A DNA stretch of 64,000 nucleotides, from NCBI GenBank assembly GCA_029775855.1, contig JARVJZ010000002.1, positions 160,001 to 224,000 on the forward strand, given 5' to 3'. The position numbers were made by a program, and so were the translations under genes. Of the stretch, positions 1 to 9,914 are shown in pieces (the first letter of the stretch is position 1; every line of letters starts with the position of its first letter). This stretch comes from Nitrososphaeria archaeon (GTDB lineage: Archaea > Thermoproteota > Nitrososphaeria > Nitrososphaerales > JAAOZN01). A model generated the notes under the pieces. The model ran no database searches, was not told the DNA's origin, and saw nothing but the letters and a program-made list of their open reading frames with translations.

Positions 1-735
1 AGAATTACACCACCATCCGGCTTAAAATTCATAGCTGAGCCAGTGGATATAAGCCTAGACAAACCAGCTAACTTCATAGCTAAAGTGAGGATATTCTACA
101 GCGAAGACAGCTTAAGAGCAACAGGATTAACACCACAAAACCTATCGCTCTATTACCTAGATGAAAATAGAAGGATATGGATACCCATCCAAAGCGCAGT
201 CAACACAGAAGAAGGCTATGTCGAAGCAGAAACCACACACCTAAGCATCTGGACAATAATGCAAAAACCGGTGAAGGTAGCGCTCTTCGATGCATTAATA
301 GGTTTAGGCGAAGTCTATACAAGCATCCAGAAGTGGACAATACTACCATACTCTGAGATCACCTCAGCCATCCACCTCTTGAACATGGGCGATGAGCCAA
401 GCATGGTTCAAGTTAAGACTTGGCTAGTAGACGAATATGGAAGAGTTGTTTGGAGCCGAGTGGTAGAAGGTAGTGTAGAGCAAGGTGAACTCAAGACGAT
501 ACCCTTAAGCATAGTGTTGAAGGAGGCGCACAGATACACCCTATATTCACAGATCGTGTCAGCGGGTGTAGAAAGCGAGCCCATCATGAGAACATACTAC
601 ATCACACTCTTCGACATATACGGCTCAACAATACTCACGGCAATATCGCTAGCTGCGATAGCGAGCGTAATCTATCTGCAGAGGCAGAGTAGAAGCATAC
701 CTAGCCAGAAAGCCAGATTCAACTACCCGATGTAG
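1..735 (+). CDS. C-terminal part of a secreted, membrane-anchored cell-surface (S-layer-like) protein, truncated by the window edge
   Basis: The frame is open from base 1. LYYLDENRRIWIP...VEAETTHLSIW resembles beta-sandwich domains of archaeal surface proteins. C-terminal TM helix (TILTAISLAAIASVIYL) followed by basic residues. Confidence 0.6.
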   Translation, partial: RITPPSGLKFIAEPVDISLDKPANFIAKVRIFYSEDSLRATGLTPQNLSLYYLDENRRIWIPIQSAVNTEEGYVEAETTHLSIWTIMQKPVKVALFDALIGLGEVYTSIQKWTILPYSEITSAIHLLNMGDEPSMVQVKTWLVDEYGRVVWSRVVEGSVEQGELKTIPLSIVLKEAHRYTLYSQIVSAGVESEPIMRTYYITLFDIYGSTILTAISLAAIASVIYLQRQSRSIPSQKARFNYPM

Positions 736-2377
736 ACCCAGCCTCAGATACTAGGCTGAGGATCTTCTCCTTAATCTCAACAGAAGTAGAGACCTTAGCA
801 ACATCGATACCATAGACAGAGGCTAGAAAACTAGTCTGCTGCGACACATCTGAAGAAGTCAGAAGAACCAGCTTAGCAGGCTTCACATCCAACAGCTTAG
901 CCAAAAGAGACAAAACCGTCTGGCTACTGGCTTCAGCGCACCACTCTAAAGCAAGCCTACACATAGGATCTGAGGGCCGCTGCAAAACCGCTGTGAATCG
1001 ATGAAAGATTCCACTTGCGCCTTTAATCTCCGGCTTCTCTAAAACAACCCAGCCTAACCGCTCTAATTCACCCTCCAAAGACAAAAGTATATCAAAGAGT
1101 TGCCTCGCAGACTTTATGTTCCGAAATACAACCAAAGCGTCTTCAGCCTCATCCCATAGCCTAGTAGCTATGTGATGCATCACCTTAGCGTAAGCGGAAA
1201 TATTAGACCATATGGGATAGTAGAGAAGATCGCCGTCAGAAGGCGATGGGGCGAGAAGAAGTTCCCTCTTATCAACAATCATCATCTGAAAGGGTAGGCT
1301 ATCAATATGCCTAACTTCAGCAACATTCAGCAGAGGACTCACCTCATCTAAGTTATCCAGGTTAAGTGTAGTCAAAAGCTTAAGATTCACACCCTTATCA
1401 GCCAACACAGGGTAAATCTGCCACACACCATCAGGCAGAATCAGCTGCTCAGGAATATTAAATAAAGAGAAGATCTCAGAAGAGGCGGAAGCAATCATCC
1501 TATTGACTATGATCTTAGCCTCATCAAACCTTCTAAGAACCTTCAGCTCCTCAGGTTGAATACCGCTAACCAAGCTTCTAATCTTCATCTGAGCATCAAG
1601 AGCCTCTTCCCACAACGCGTTAAAGAAGACTCGAAGCCCAGAAGCAAACGGCAGAGAATCTGTCCACAACCCAACATCACCTTCCTCATCAAGCCTCGAA
1701 GGAGGTAATGGGAAAGTTGAGACAATAACCTCACATCCATCAAGAATAAATAAGCGAAATAAACTAGGAACCCTCGCGCATCTAACCACAAGCCCTTCAG
1801 AATACTCCCTAACCACATCAATCAACCTATCATCAAAATCGGTAAGCAGCCTAACCTGAACACCCCGCTTAGAAGCTTCAATCAAAGCATCCTGCACACC
1901 CCCAAGCCTTAACCAAACCAGATCATCACCTTGAGTTAAAAGAAGAGCCTCCCTAACACCCTTACCCAACATATCAACAATCTGAGAGTAAATCTGAACT
2001 CTCCCTTGTATAATTCTAAACCTAGGCTGCTGCATCTGAGGCGTAAGGATAGGAAGCCTACTCCACTCACTCAATAACGCCTTCAAACCATCTTCAGCCA
2101 ACTTAACTCTATTCTTCATCTGCTGAACAAGATTATTCAAAACTTCTTGAGGCGGATGGGCTGAAAAGAGCATAGGCTTACTAAGCGAAACATCAACAAT
2201 CTTCTCTTCAACGAGCTTCTGAAGTATCCGATAAGTCTTCACCCTATCAAAGCCAACACTAGCAGCAAGCGTACTAGCCTTACTAGCGCCGATCTTCACC
2301 AAGGTAAAGTACACTTTAGCCTCCTCAAGACTCAAACCGTATTTCGTAAGTTCACTCACTATATGCTCCTCAGACAC
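719..2377 (-). CDS. TrmB-family transcriptional regulator with two effector (PLD-like) domains and a C-terminal restriction-endonuclease-like domain
   Basis: N-terminal TrmB wHTH (LTKYGLSLEEAKVYFTL...KTYRILQKLVEEKIV). Two repeats of the TrmB C-domain (ILDGCEVIV...WTDS; IVDKRELLL...WSN). The tail GASGIFHRF resembles the G.SG..H.FD motif of Mrr-like domains. Confidence 0.8.
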   Translation of the reverse strand: MSEEHIVSELTKYGLSLEEAKVYFTLVKIGASKASTLAASVGFDRVKTYRILQKLVEEKIVDVSLSKPMLFSAHPPQEVLNNLVQQMKNRVKLAEDGLKALLSEWSRLPILTPQMQQPRFRIIQGRVQIYSQIVDMLGKGVREALLLTQGDDLVWLRLGGVQDALIEASKRGVQVRLLTDFDDRLIDVVREYSEGLVVRCARVPSLFRLFILDGCEVIVSTFPLPPSRLDEEGDVGLWTDSLPFASGLRVFFNALWEEALDAQMKIRSLVSGIQPEELKVLRRFDEAKIIVNRMIASASSEIFSLFNIPEQLILPDGVWQIYPVLADKGVNLKLLTTLNLDNLDEVSPLLNVAEVRHIDSLPFQMMIVDKRELLLAPSPSDGDLLYYPIWSNISAYAKVMHHIATRLWDEAEDALVVFRNIKSARQLFDILLSLEGELERLGWVVLEKPEIKGASGIFHRFTAVLQRPSDPMCRLALEWCAEASSQTVLSLLAKLLDVKPAKLVLLTSSDVSQQTSFLASVYGIDVAKVSTSVEIKEKILSLVSEAGSTSGS

Positions 2378-2420
2378 ACCACATATGCTTACGCAAAGAG
2401 TTTTAAACCTTGTGTGTTCA

Positions 2421-2475
2421 AATGTAACAAACAGATGTAGCTCTTGTCCACAACACTACATCTAAAATCCTACAC
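2421..2475. promoter_or_regulatory. Candidate operator in the divergent promoter region: inverted repeat AGATGTAG-N15-CTACATCT with extra ATGTA/TACAC half-sites
   Basis: AGATGTAG at 2433-2440 and CTACATCT at 2456-2463. Additional half-sites at 2422-2426 and 2471-2475. Lies between the trmB-like gene and the secreted-protein gene. Confidence 0.4.
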
Positions 2476-2493
2476 CTAACATTAACATATACG

Positions 2494-2967
2494 ATGCTAA
2501 AAGTGGTGCGAGGGCTACTATACTTGGCTCTAGCGTTATTGGTTCTAGTAGCCTTCACACCTACTAGAGAACATAGCATAGCTTCACAAGTAAGTTTAGC
2601 TCCAAGACCCTCAGAGGAAGACGCAGGAATGAAATTAAGCATAGTAGCTGTTAAGCTCGATAAAGAGTTTCAAAAAGCACCATATCCCAGCGCTACAATT
2701 AGAGTTGATGTTAAAGTTTCAAACCAAGCATTCGCTGAGAAGAAGGATCTGTTACTAACACTAGCAGTCAAAGATTTAAAAGGCGATGTGGTAGCAGCAT
2801 CTAGCACACTAATATATATTCCCCTAAACAAAGAGGGGATATACACAAATTACTTGCTGCTTAGAAGCGGTGGCGCGATGGTAGTAGAAGCAACGATACA
2901 CATATCAGGTAGCCTACTCGCTATAGACCACTACTACATAGATGTACACTCATTTAAACTACTCTAA
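2494..2967 (+). CDS. Hypothetical secreted protein (signal peptide plus Ig-like beta-rich domain)
   Basis: Hydrophobic N-terminal signal sequence followed by alternating beta-strand patterns. Confidence 0.55.
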   Translation: MLKVVRGLLYLALALLVLVAFTPTREHSIASQVSLAPRPSEEDAGMKLSIVAVKLDKEFQKAPYPSATIRVDVKVSNQAFAEKKDLLLTLAVKDLKGDVVAASSTLIYIPLNKEGIYTNYLLLRSGGAMVVEATIHISGSLLAIDHYYIDVHSFKLL

Positions 2968-3020
2968 AACACCATTAGTCAAAACATAGAGCACACTCTT
3001 CAGATTGGAAACTCTTACAC

Positions 3021-3809
3021 TCAGCCTAATCCTTTACTTTTCATCTTCCCAACGGCTTCAGAGAGCATCTGGAGAGCTTGAGCCAATGCATTTCTCGTCT
3101 CGTTAAGTTCCTTCCCCAACGCTTCAAGCATCTCCCTCGTCTTCTTAGACTCCTCAATCAAAGTATTCAATATCGTGGTAAGCTTCTCAGAGATCTCACC
3201 ATACCTCTCTAGAACAAATCTAAAATTTTCATCTGTTCTTTTAGCGAAGTCTCTGAACTCCTCCCTATAATCCTTGAACTCCTGCCTAAACTCTCTAAAC
3301 TCTTGTCTATAGTCTTTAAACTCCTCTCTGAAATCTTTGAACTCACCTCTAAAATCTCTAAACTCCTCTCTGAAATCCTTGAATTCACCTCTAAAATCTT
3401 TAAACTCCTCTCTGAAATCTTTGAACTCACCTCTAAAATCTCTAAATTCTTGTCTAAACTCTCTGAACTCTCCCCAGTAGTCTACGAAGATTGTTTGCAT
3501 CGCGCCGAAGCCCTCGCTCATCTCCTCCCAAAGTTCACCAGGCTTTATCACAAAGTATTTTATAGATGAATCTAACTCTGCTTTTTGTTCGCTAAACTCT
3601 TTTACAAAGGCTGGTGGTGGAGGGTTCTGTGCCCTTTTCACGAATTGTGTAAGATTCTCTTCGCTTCCTTGTGCAAAAACCGTGACAGACCCGTCTTTCT
3701 CGTTTACTACAAAGCCTGCTATCTGAAGATCTTGGGCAAGGTCGAGGATGTATCTTCTAAAACCTACTCTTTGAACCCTACCTTTAAATCTCAGCGTCAG
3801 AGCTTGCAA
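3021..3809 (-). CDS. Acylphosphatase fused to a long Phe-rich coiled coil
   Basis: Acylphosphatase signature GRVQRVGFR...GFVVNEKDGSV, followed by 11 EFxxFRx-type heptads. Confidence 0.85.
   Translation of the reverse strand: MQALTLRFKGRVQRVGFRRYILDLAQDLQIAGFVVNEKDGSVTVFAQGSEENLTQFVKRAQNPPPPAFVKEFSEQKAELDSSIKYFVIKPGELWEEMSEGFGAMQTIFVDYWGEFREFRQEFRDFRGEFKDFREEFKDFRGEFKDFREEFRDFRGEFKDFREEFKDYRQEFREFRQEFKDYREEFRDFAKRTDENFRFVLERYGEISEKLTTILNTLIEESKKTREMLEALGKELNETRNALAQALQMLSEAVGKMKSKGLG
3240..3470. repeat. Intragenic tandem repeat: 11 imperfect 21-bp units with partial 42-bp higher-order periodicity
   Basis: Units such as aactcctctctgaaatctttg and aactcacctctaaaatctcta encode the heptads EFKDFRE and EFRDFRG on the minus strand. 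Confidence 0.9.
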
Positions 3810-3872
3810 CCCACCACTTTACGGCAAACTTGCTATTAAGCATATAGTATCATTTAACGATGAAGATTGCCC

Positions 3873-4691
3873 CTACCAAGCTTTTCTAGCAGCTAGCACC
3901 TTCTCCACCTCTGCAGTAATAGGAATGTTCTTAGCCTCCAAAGCTCTCACTAATGCAGCGTGCACCTCCTGGCGAATAATATAGCCAGCTTTATGCAGAA
4001 TAGTATCCCCAATTTCAGGGTCAACATCCATGCTTGCTGTGCACGGGTAGCCGTGGTGAGCATTAGAAGTGTTTTGATTAAGATCCTTAACGTGGGTGAA
4101 TCTGAGTTTCTGAGCAACATACCATGTGTCGCCACAAGGTGCGCTTCGCTTAACCACAATGTTCTTGATCAAGTATCCCTCTAGTTCCATTTCGAGTTTT
4201 GGTCTGCCGATTGAGTATCTGCGTATGAATTCATTTATAACTTCGCTTCCGCTTTCCTCAAGTTCGCAGAAGGGTTTAGGGAATGCGTGTTCAATACCTA
4301 ACTCGCTTAGTTCATCTTGCAGCCTAGATCTTAGTGCTGGCGGGCACCAGCTTCTGTTTTCGATTGGCACTATGACAGCCTTCGCTTCTGCCTTTGAGGC
4401 TACAGAGGGGATCTCCGCTAATATATCTGGGTGGATGCCTATTGGGATAACTATGTCAGATTTAGGTGGGGATTTTGGTAGATATTCGCTTGGGTTGTCG
4501 ATGAAAGGAGGCAGATTGGGTGGTATAGGGTGCAAGCCGACGATATCTCGAACATAAGAGCCGTAGGATATTCTACAGTAGCCGCAAGCAAGGTCACAAG
4601 ACTTACAGAAGGTGGGTAGGTTAACTAGGTTCCCTACAACCTTCTCCCCGAATTCGTGCCCTACTATAAAGTATAGCTTCAACGCTTCCAT
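3873..4691 (-). CDS. DUF166-family protein
   Basis: Motifs FIDNPSEYLP, GIHPD, PKPFCEL, RSAPCGDTWYVA, HHGYPCTASMDVD and ILHKAG are typical of archaeal DUF166. Confidence 0.8.
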   Translation of the reverse strand: MEALKLYFIVGHEFGEKVVGNLVNLPTFCKSCDLACGYCRISYGSYVRDIVGLHPIPPNLPPFIDNPSEYLPKSPPKSDIVIPIGIHPDILAEIPSVASKAEAKAVIVPIENRSWCPPALRSRLQDELSELGIEHAFPKPFCELEESGSEVINEFIRRYSIGRPKLEMELEGYLIKNIVVKRSAPCGDTWYVAQKLRFTHVKDLNQNTSNAHHGYPCTASMDVDPEIGDTILHKAGYIIRQEVHAALVRALEAKNIPITAEVEKVLAARKAW

Positions 4692-4735
4692 AAATAATGT
4701 GTTTTTGGTTGTATAAATAGAGAGTGCCTAAACAT

Positions 4736-4963
4736 TTAGTATTTCGGTTTGGTTAGCTTCGCCCAAGCTGCTACTGCTGAGACTGTGATAATCGAGCTCG
4801 CTAGCCCAGTTATGGTTGCGCCCACTAGTCTAGAGTCTATGCTCATTAGGAATGGTATAAGGGCTGCTAAAGCGTCTGCTAACGCTGGGTATGCTAAGTA
4901 TGCTATGAATCCGAGGGCATATCCTATTAACCATATTCCGAGGATTGCTTTTACTCTACCCAT
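4736..4963 (-). CDS. Small membrane protein
   Basis: 75 aa with two to three hydrophobic helices. Confidence 0.6.
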   Translation of the reverse strand: MGRVKAILGIWLIGYALGFIAYLAYPALADALAALIPFLMSIDSRLVGATITGLASSIITVSAVAAWAKLTKPKY

Positions 4964-5046
4964 GGTCGGTCAATCAAACTGTCTTTATGGAGCGATTTAT
5001 TAGAGTAAAACAATATTAGTTAACTTAGCAGTTAAGATTCTTATAA

Positions 5047-5286
5047 CTATAATCCGAGCTTGCGGAGACCCAGCTTTTCAGCCAAGCTTCTAGCTCTATT
5101 AATGATCTCCCAAGCCCGTATTCTTTCACCAACCAAGTCGACTCTCTGTAAAATCATTATATCGTTAGTGGCTATTACAATCATCTTGGTTCCAGTCTTT
5201 AACCCAAGCTTATCTCTTACATCTTTTGGTATAACGATCTGACCCTTCTCCGAAACCCTTGTCGTATCAATGGTTACATCAGACAA
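5047..5286 (-). CDS. AbrB/MazE/SpoVT-family DNA-binding protein
   Basis: TTRVSEKGQIVIPKDVRDKLGLKTG swapped-hairpin signature. Confidence 0.9.
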   Translation of the reverse strand: MSDVTIDTTRVSEKGQIVIPKDVRDKLGLKTGTKMIVIATNDIMILQRVDLVGERIRAWEIINRARSLAEKLGLRKLGL

Positions 5287-5312
5287 CCTTGTTCCACTTA
5301 ATATGTTACTAA

Positions 5313-6683
5313 ATGCTATATAAGACTAGTTCTCAATCAAGTAGGGAAACGATGAGCCAGATACTTAAGGCGATAAAATCCATATCAATAAGGGAACTTA
5401 TTTTGCTCTGGCTCGCCATTCATCTTCTCCTAATAACACAGCCTAATGCAGCGGTCTTTGACGAAGCCTACTATACTAAAGCGGCTAGAGATCTGATTCA
5501 AGGTGTAGCGAGCAATATCGAGCATCCGTTCTTAGGTAAAGCTTGGGGTGCAATTGGTATTCTGATCTTTGGGGACAACGCATTTGGCTGGAGAATAGTG
5601 ATAGTAGTCTTCGGCGCGCTACTACTCTACACCTTCTATCAGCTGGCTTGTAGGTATGTTTCTGAGCGTATGGCGCTGCTTGCAACAGCCTACCTTGGTT
5701 TTGACCATATGTTCTTTGCTCACTCAAGCCTATTTCTCCTCGAGATACCTGCGCTCTTCTTCGCAGTAGTTTCTTTCTCATACTACCTTAAGCGTAGAAT
5801 CGTTTTATCAGCAGTCTTCATGGGGATATCTATCCTAAGTAAAGAGACGAGCCTATTTCTACTCTTCACAATGATACTAATACACTTAGCGAATATGAAG
5901 ATGCCTTCGAAGCAGGATGTTCTTAAGGCTTTGAAGTTTACGCTCGTGCTTCTGGCTACTGTTGCAGTACCTATGCAGCTCTACATATCAGCCTATAGAC
6001 CTTCAGCCTCAGAGAAGATTGTGCAGGTAGTGAGCCCAGTGGTTGTAGTGGCGCCAGACGGTTCAGTGCTATCTACAACAACTACTACGACTTGGAGTAG
6101 TCAAAAAGAGTATATTAGTAATGTGTTTGAGCATTGGCGCTATATAGTGTCTTATGCGTCGAGTCTCACAACGAAGGGTTCAAACATCGGGCCTGAAAAC
6201 TTTCCTTGGAATTGGTTTATACCGACTCAGCAGAGGGAGATGATCTACTATAGGTCAGAGGTTGTTAAGAATATAACCTATTATAGTGATGGGGTGTATG
6301 TTGGCTCTAGGCTTGAGAAGTTGTATCCGATAAACTGGCGTGGCGTCTCTAATCTACCTTTGTGGTATTCTATTTGGGTTGTTGTGCCTCTCTCCATATA
6401 TCTTGCTGTAAAAAGAAGGTTAGACGAAGGGTTGGTACTATCGTTCCTATGGATAGTAGGCACATATGTTCCTCTTTTAGCAATGTCTCTAGCCTTAAAT
6501 CGAATTCAGTACCCGTTTTACTTCATAAACACGCTACCGGCTTTGGCGCTGGGTTTACCCATCGTATTCTCGAAGCTAAATGTAGATAAGGTGGTGAGGG
6601 ACTGTGTGCTCGCGATCTTCTTAGGCTGGACTATTGCTTCATTCCTAATATACTTCCCCCTTAACATCTGGGCTTTAAGTTAG
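5313..6683 (+). CDS. GT-C/GT39 (PMT-like) protein O-mannosyltransferase-family glycosyltransferase
   Basis: VFDEAYY, EHPFLGK and FGWR motifs; multiple TM helices; C-terminal YPFYF. Confidence 0.85.
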   Translation: MLYKTSSQSSRETMSQILKAIKSISIRELILLWLAIHLLLITQPNAAVFDEAYYTKAARDLIQGVASNIEHPFLGKAWGAIGILIFGDNAFGWRIVIVVFGALLLYTFYQLACRYVSERMALLATAYLGFDHMFFAHSSLFLLEIPALFFAVVSFSYYLKRRIVLSAVFMGISILSKETSLFLLFTMILIHLANMKMPSKQDVLKALKFTLVLLATVAVPMQLYISAYRPSASEKIVQVVSPVVVVAPDGSVLSTTTTTTWSSQKEYISNVFEHWRYIVSYASSLTTKGSNIGPENFPWNWFIPTQQREMIYYRSEVVKNITYYSDGVYVGSRLEKLYPINWRGVSNLPLWYSIWVVVPLSIYLAVKRRLDEGLVLSFLWIVGTYVPLLAMSLALNRIQYPFYFINTLPALALGLPIVFSKLNVDKVVRDCVLAIFLGWTIASFLIYFPLNIWALS

Positions 6684-6739
6684 CAGATATGGTGCTACAG
6701 CCTTACCGTTTTTAACAAGATTGAGGTGGTGAATATTAG

Positions 6740-7462
6740 GTGCTGATGGATATTAGGCTCGTGTTGTGTGGCGTTATGCTCTTTGTATCAGCATACTTTG
6801 ACCTAAAGAGCAGAGAAGTAGAGGATAGACTATGGTGGATTTTTGGCGCACTAGGTTTAGCGTTAACAGCAGCGGAGGCTCTTTTAGGCTTCAACCCCAA
6901 CCAGCTTTTGATGTATCTTGCATCGACAGCAGTCTCAGGCGCTGTGGCGTTTACACTATATTACTTAGGCTTCTATGGGGGCGCTGATGCTAAAGCGCTT
7001 TTGGTCTGCGCCTTAATCACACCAATATTTGATAGACACCTTACCATACATCCATTCACACCTCTGATAATCTTGGTAAACTCAACGATTCTAACCGCAT
7101 CACTAGCAATCTACTATGGTCTCAGCAACCTTATACGCATACTTAGCGGGGAGAAGATCTTTGAAGGGCTAGAGCATGAACCAATCTACAGAAAAGCCTT
7201 AGCCAGCATATTTGGCTTCAGGGTTAAGAGTAAAGTAGGCTCATTCTATTTTCTGATGGAGAAGGAGGAATGTGGTAAAAGAAGATTCAACTTTAACCTA
7301 CTCAGAGTGGACGAAGACTTCACATCCAAAGAAGATGTTTGGGTTACTCCAGGCATACCTCTACTAGCATTTATGGCAGCTGGTTTTGTAGTTGCGGTAT
7401 TCTTTGGTGATCTACTTGCATATATCTTAAAGGCGTTAGTGATGCTCGCTACACTATTGTAG
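6740..7462 (+). CDS. Prepilin/prearchaellin peptidase (A24, PibD/FlaK-like)
   Basis: Catalytic Asp motifs AYFDLKSREV and YGGADAK; C-terminal VWVTPGIPL. Confidence 0.85.
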   Translation: MLMDIRLVLCGVMLFVSAYFDLKSREVEDRLWWIFGALGLALTAAEALLGFNPNQLLMYLASTAVSGAVAFTLYYLGFYGGADAKALLVCALITPIFDRHLTIHPFTPLIILVNSTILTASLAIYYGLSNLIRILSGEKIFEGLEHEPIYRKALASIFGFRVKSKVGSFYFLMEKEECGKRRFNFNLLRVDEDFTSKEDVWVTPGIPLLAFMAAGFVVAVFFGDLLAYILKALVMLATLL

Positions 7463-8240
7463 CAGAGGGTGGAGGAAGCCTCTTATGCTCCGTTGCTCTG
7501 CACCTACTTAAGACGGAGTTAATTTTGTCAAGAGGTATGTTGAGGATGTTAGAAGCCTCCTCAGGCTTCATCTTTAAATCAAATATCGAATAGAGGATTT
7601 GGTCGATATCTTCGTAGGACATTCCTAACTCGTCTTCAGCCATCTGCCCAGCCCAAAGCCTGGGGCTACTTTTCTTAGCAACTATCCGCTTAGGCACATT
7701 AAGGTAGGAGGCGAGAAACCTAACCTGAGTCTTATATAGTTCGGCGAGAGGCAGAAGATCCACACCCCCATCACCATATTTCGTAAAGTATCCGATTAGC
7801 AGCTCACTTCTATCGCCCGTGCCTAGAACGAGTCTGTTTAATAGGTTTGCGTAGTAGTAGAGTATGCTCATTCTTATTCTAGCCCTAAGATTGCCTTCAG
7901 CGAGTCTGTGGGGCTGCAGATAATTCATATATGCTCTATGTATATTTGAGATGTCGATGGTTATGGTTTTGATCTGAAGCTCATCAGCCACAGCCTTAGC
8001 GTCTTCAACATCGTTTGATGGTGTAACTCTCGAATCTGGAAGCAGCAAACCCAGCACAGAATCTTTACCTAACGCTCTAACCGCCAGATAGGCTGCGGTT
8101 GAGGAATCTAAGCCTCCGCTCAGACCTAAAACCACGCCCGATGAGTTGGCTTCGAGAACCTTACTCTTTATGAAATCTTCGATGCCCTTACTAATCCGCT
8201 TAAAGTCTAGTTTAGTCATCTTCTCCAGCAGATCCAACAT
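7449..8240 (-). CDS. nadE: NH3-dependent NAD+ synthetase
   Basis: LGLSGGLDSS, NLRARIRM, GYFTKYGDG, LYKTQV, HKR. Confidence 0.95.
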   Translation of the reverse strand: MLDLLEKMTKLDFKRISKGIEDFIKSKVLEANSSGVVLGLSGGLDSSTAAYLAVRALGKDSVLGLLLPDSRVTPSNDVEDAKAVADELQIKTITIDISNIHRAYMNYLQPHRLAEGNLRARIRMSILYYYANLLNRLVLGTGDRSELLIGYFTKYGDGGVDLLPLAELYKTQVRFLASYLNVPKRIVAKKSSPRLWAGQMAEDELGMSYEDIDQILYSIFDLKMKPEEASNILNIPLDKINSVLSRCRATEHKRLPPPSATIV

Positions 8241-8308
8241 CTTCTACTCTCTAACCGCGCCTCTAAAAGCTTAACTTTTATCTTAGCTGCTTCAACACTT
8301 ATAAGGAT

Positions 8309-9541
8309 ATGGCTGCGCGGAGAGACCTAGCTGACAGAACATTCTGGCTGGCAAAAGAAGAAGAGATAAAGAACGCTGAGACAACAGACATATACTTCAT
8401 CAACGCAGTCAAAGCGCTTCAAGCAAAAGGTTTGAATCCAAAGGTTGTAATGGAGGTTTACTCCAGAAGCCTACCTTACACTGAGCAGTGGGCAGTGGTA
8501 GGTGGAATCTATGAAGCAGCAAAACTCCTCGAAGGACTACCTATAGATGTATACGCTATGGAAGAAGCCGAAATCTTTCTATCAGACCCTTCTACTACAC
8601 TCTACGAGCCAATTCTAAGAATAGAGGGTAGATACACCGACTTCGCACCATACGAAAACCCCCTTCTAGGCCTAATATGCACAAACACATCAATCTTAAC
8701 CAAAGCAGCTAGGATAAAGCAAGCAGCTGGAGAAAAGATGGTTCTAAGCTTCGGCACAAGAAGGACACACCCAGCCTTAGCACCAACAGTGGAAAGAGCA
8801 TCTTACATCGCTGGGCTAGATGGGTTATCAAATGTACTCGGCTCTAAACTTCTTGGGGTTAAACCAGCTGGAACTATGCCCCACGCCATGATACTCTGCT
8901 TTGGAAACCAAAAGGATGCTTGGCTAGCTTTCGACGAGACAGCTCCCAAAGATACGCCCAGAATAGCCTTGATAGATACTCTTTGGGATGAGAAAGCTGA
9001 AGCAATCTTAGCGCTTGAAACCCTAAAGGATAAGCTATGGGGTGTAAGATTAGATACACCAACATCAAGAAGAGGAAACATAAGAAAGATCGTCGAAGAA
9101 GTTAGGTGGGAACTCAACCTAAGAGGAGGCAAGAACATAAAGATCATAGTTTCAGGAGGTCTAGACGAAGATAACATTAGAACACTAAAAGATATTGTAG
9201 ACGGCTTTGGTGTCGGCACAGCAATAACCGCAGCGCCGATAATAGACTTTAACGCAAAAATTGTCGAGGTAGAAGAAGAAGGCATACTAAAACCAAGGGC
9301 AAAGCGTGGAGACCTATCTGGAGCAAAGGATGTCTACAGATTCGAAGGCACATTCAGAGACAGAGTAGTGCCTAGAGGGCAGACTATAACGGGTCCTTGG
9401 AGACCTATGTTAACGCCTCTAATAAAAAAAGGTGAAGTGGTGAGAGAATTTAAATCCCCAAGTGAGCTTAGAGCAGCGTTAAAGATGAAGATGAGTAGGC
9501 TTACTGAGGCGGAAGTTTCTCTCAGCACGCACCCTTTTTAA
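8309..9541 (+). CDS. pncB: Nicotinate phosphoribosyltransferase
   Basis: TTDIYF, SFGTRR, GTMPHA, LIDT, VRLDT, SGGLDE, FGVGT; divergent from nadE. Confidence 0.92.
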   Translation: MAARRDLADRTFWLAKEEEIKNAETTDIYFINAVKALQAKGLNPKVVMEVYSRSLPYTEQWAVVGGIYEAAKLLEGLPIDVYAMEEAEIFLSDPSTTLYEPILRIEGRYTDFAPYENPLLGLICTNTSILTKAARIKQAAGEKMVLSFGTRRTHPALAPTVERASYIAGLDGLSNVLGSKLLGVKPAGTMPHAMILCFGNQKDAWLAFDETAPKDTPRIALIDTLWDEKAEAILALETLKDKLWGVRLDTPTSRRGNIRKIVEEVRWELNLRGGKNIKIIVSGGLDEDNIRTLKDIVDGFGVGTAITAAPIIDFNAKIVEVEEEGILKPRAKRGDLSGAKDVYRFEGTFRDRVVPRGQTITGPWRPMLTPLIKKGEVVREFKSPSELRAALKMKMSRLTEAEVSLSTHPF

Positions 9542-9837
9542 CCCTTCCACAGACCTATGAGTAGACCGATTATAAACGAGATAGATGTGTATGGTATGAA
9601 GTTAATCAGCGGGCCAGCTTCGCTCTGTATCAAAGGTAAGTAAGCTAGGGCTGTCTTCATCAACTCCTCCATCGAAGGCATCTGCAGATAACCTATAGCA
9701 ACGAGAACCACGAAGAGCACAACAATAGCCAAGATGAGCTTAATCGCCCTCTTAATTATAACGCCAACAATCAACCCAATTATGAAGGGTAATACAGTTG
9801 GGATTACCCAAGCTATCTCCTCTGGCACCATGCTCAT
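9538..9837 (-). CDS. Small membrane protein (FUN14-like)
   Basis: PFIIGLIVGVIIKRAIK...FIIGLLIGLWKG pattern. Confidence 0.6.
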   Translation of the reverse strand: MSMVPEEIAWVIPTVLPFIIGLIVGVIIKRAIKLILAIVVLFVVLVAIGYLQMPSMEELMKTALAYLPLIQSEAGPLINFIPYTSISFIIGLLIGLWKG

Positions 9838-9914
9838 TTACGCATCTGGCTCTTTACCTTAACTCTCTTATAAAAAGGTTTACAAATATATGGCTGCAAA
9901 CATAGAGACTGCTA

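Noticed and set aside
3209-3569. Alternative-frame repetitive ORFs (3209-3430, 3303-3569)
   Set aside because: Shadows of the 21-bp tandem repeat within the acylphosphatase gene.
5047-5286. Toxin-antitoxin pair around the AbrB/MazE gene
   Set aside because: No PIN/MazF-type toxin is adjacent; the downstream gene is a small membrane protein.
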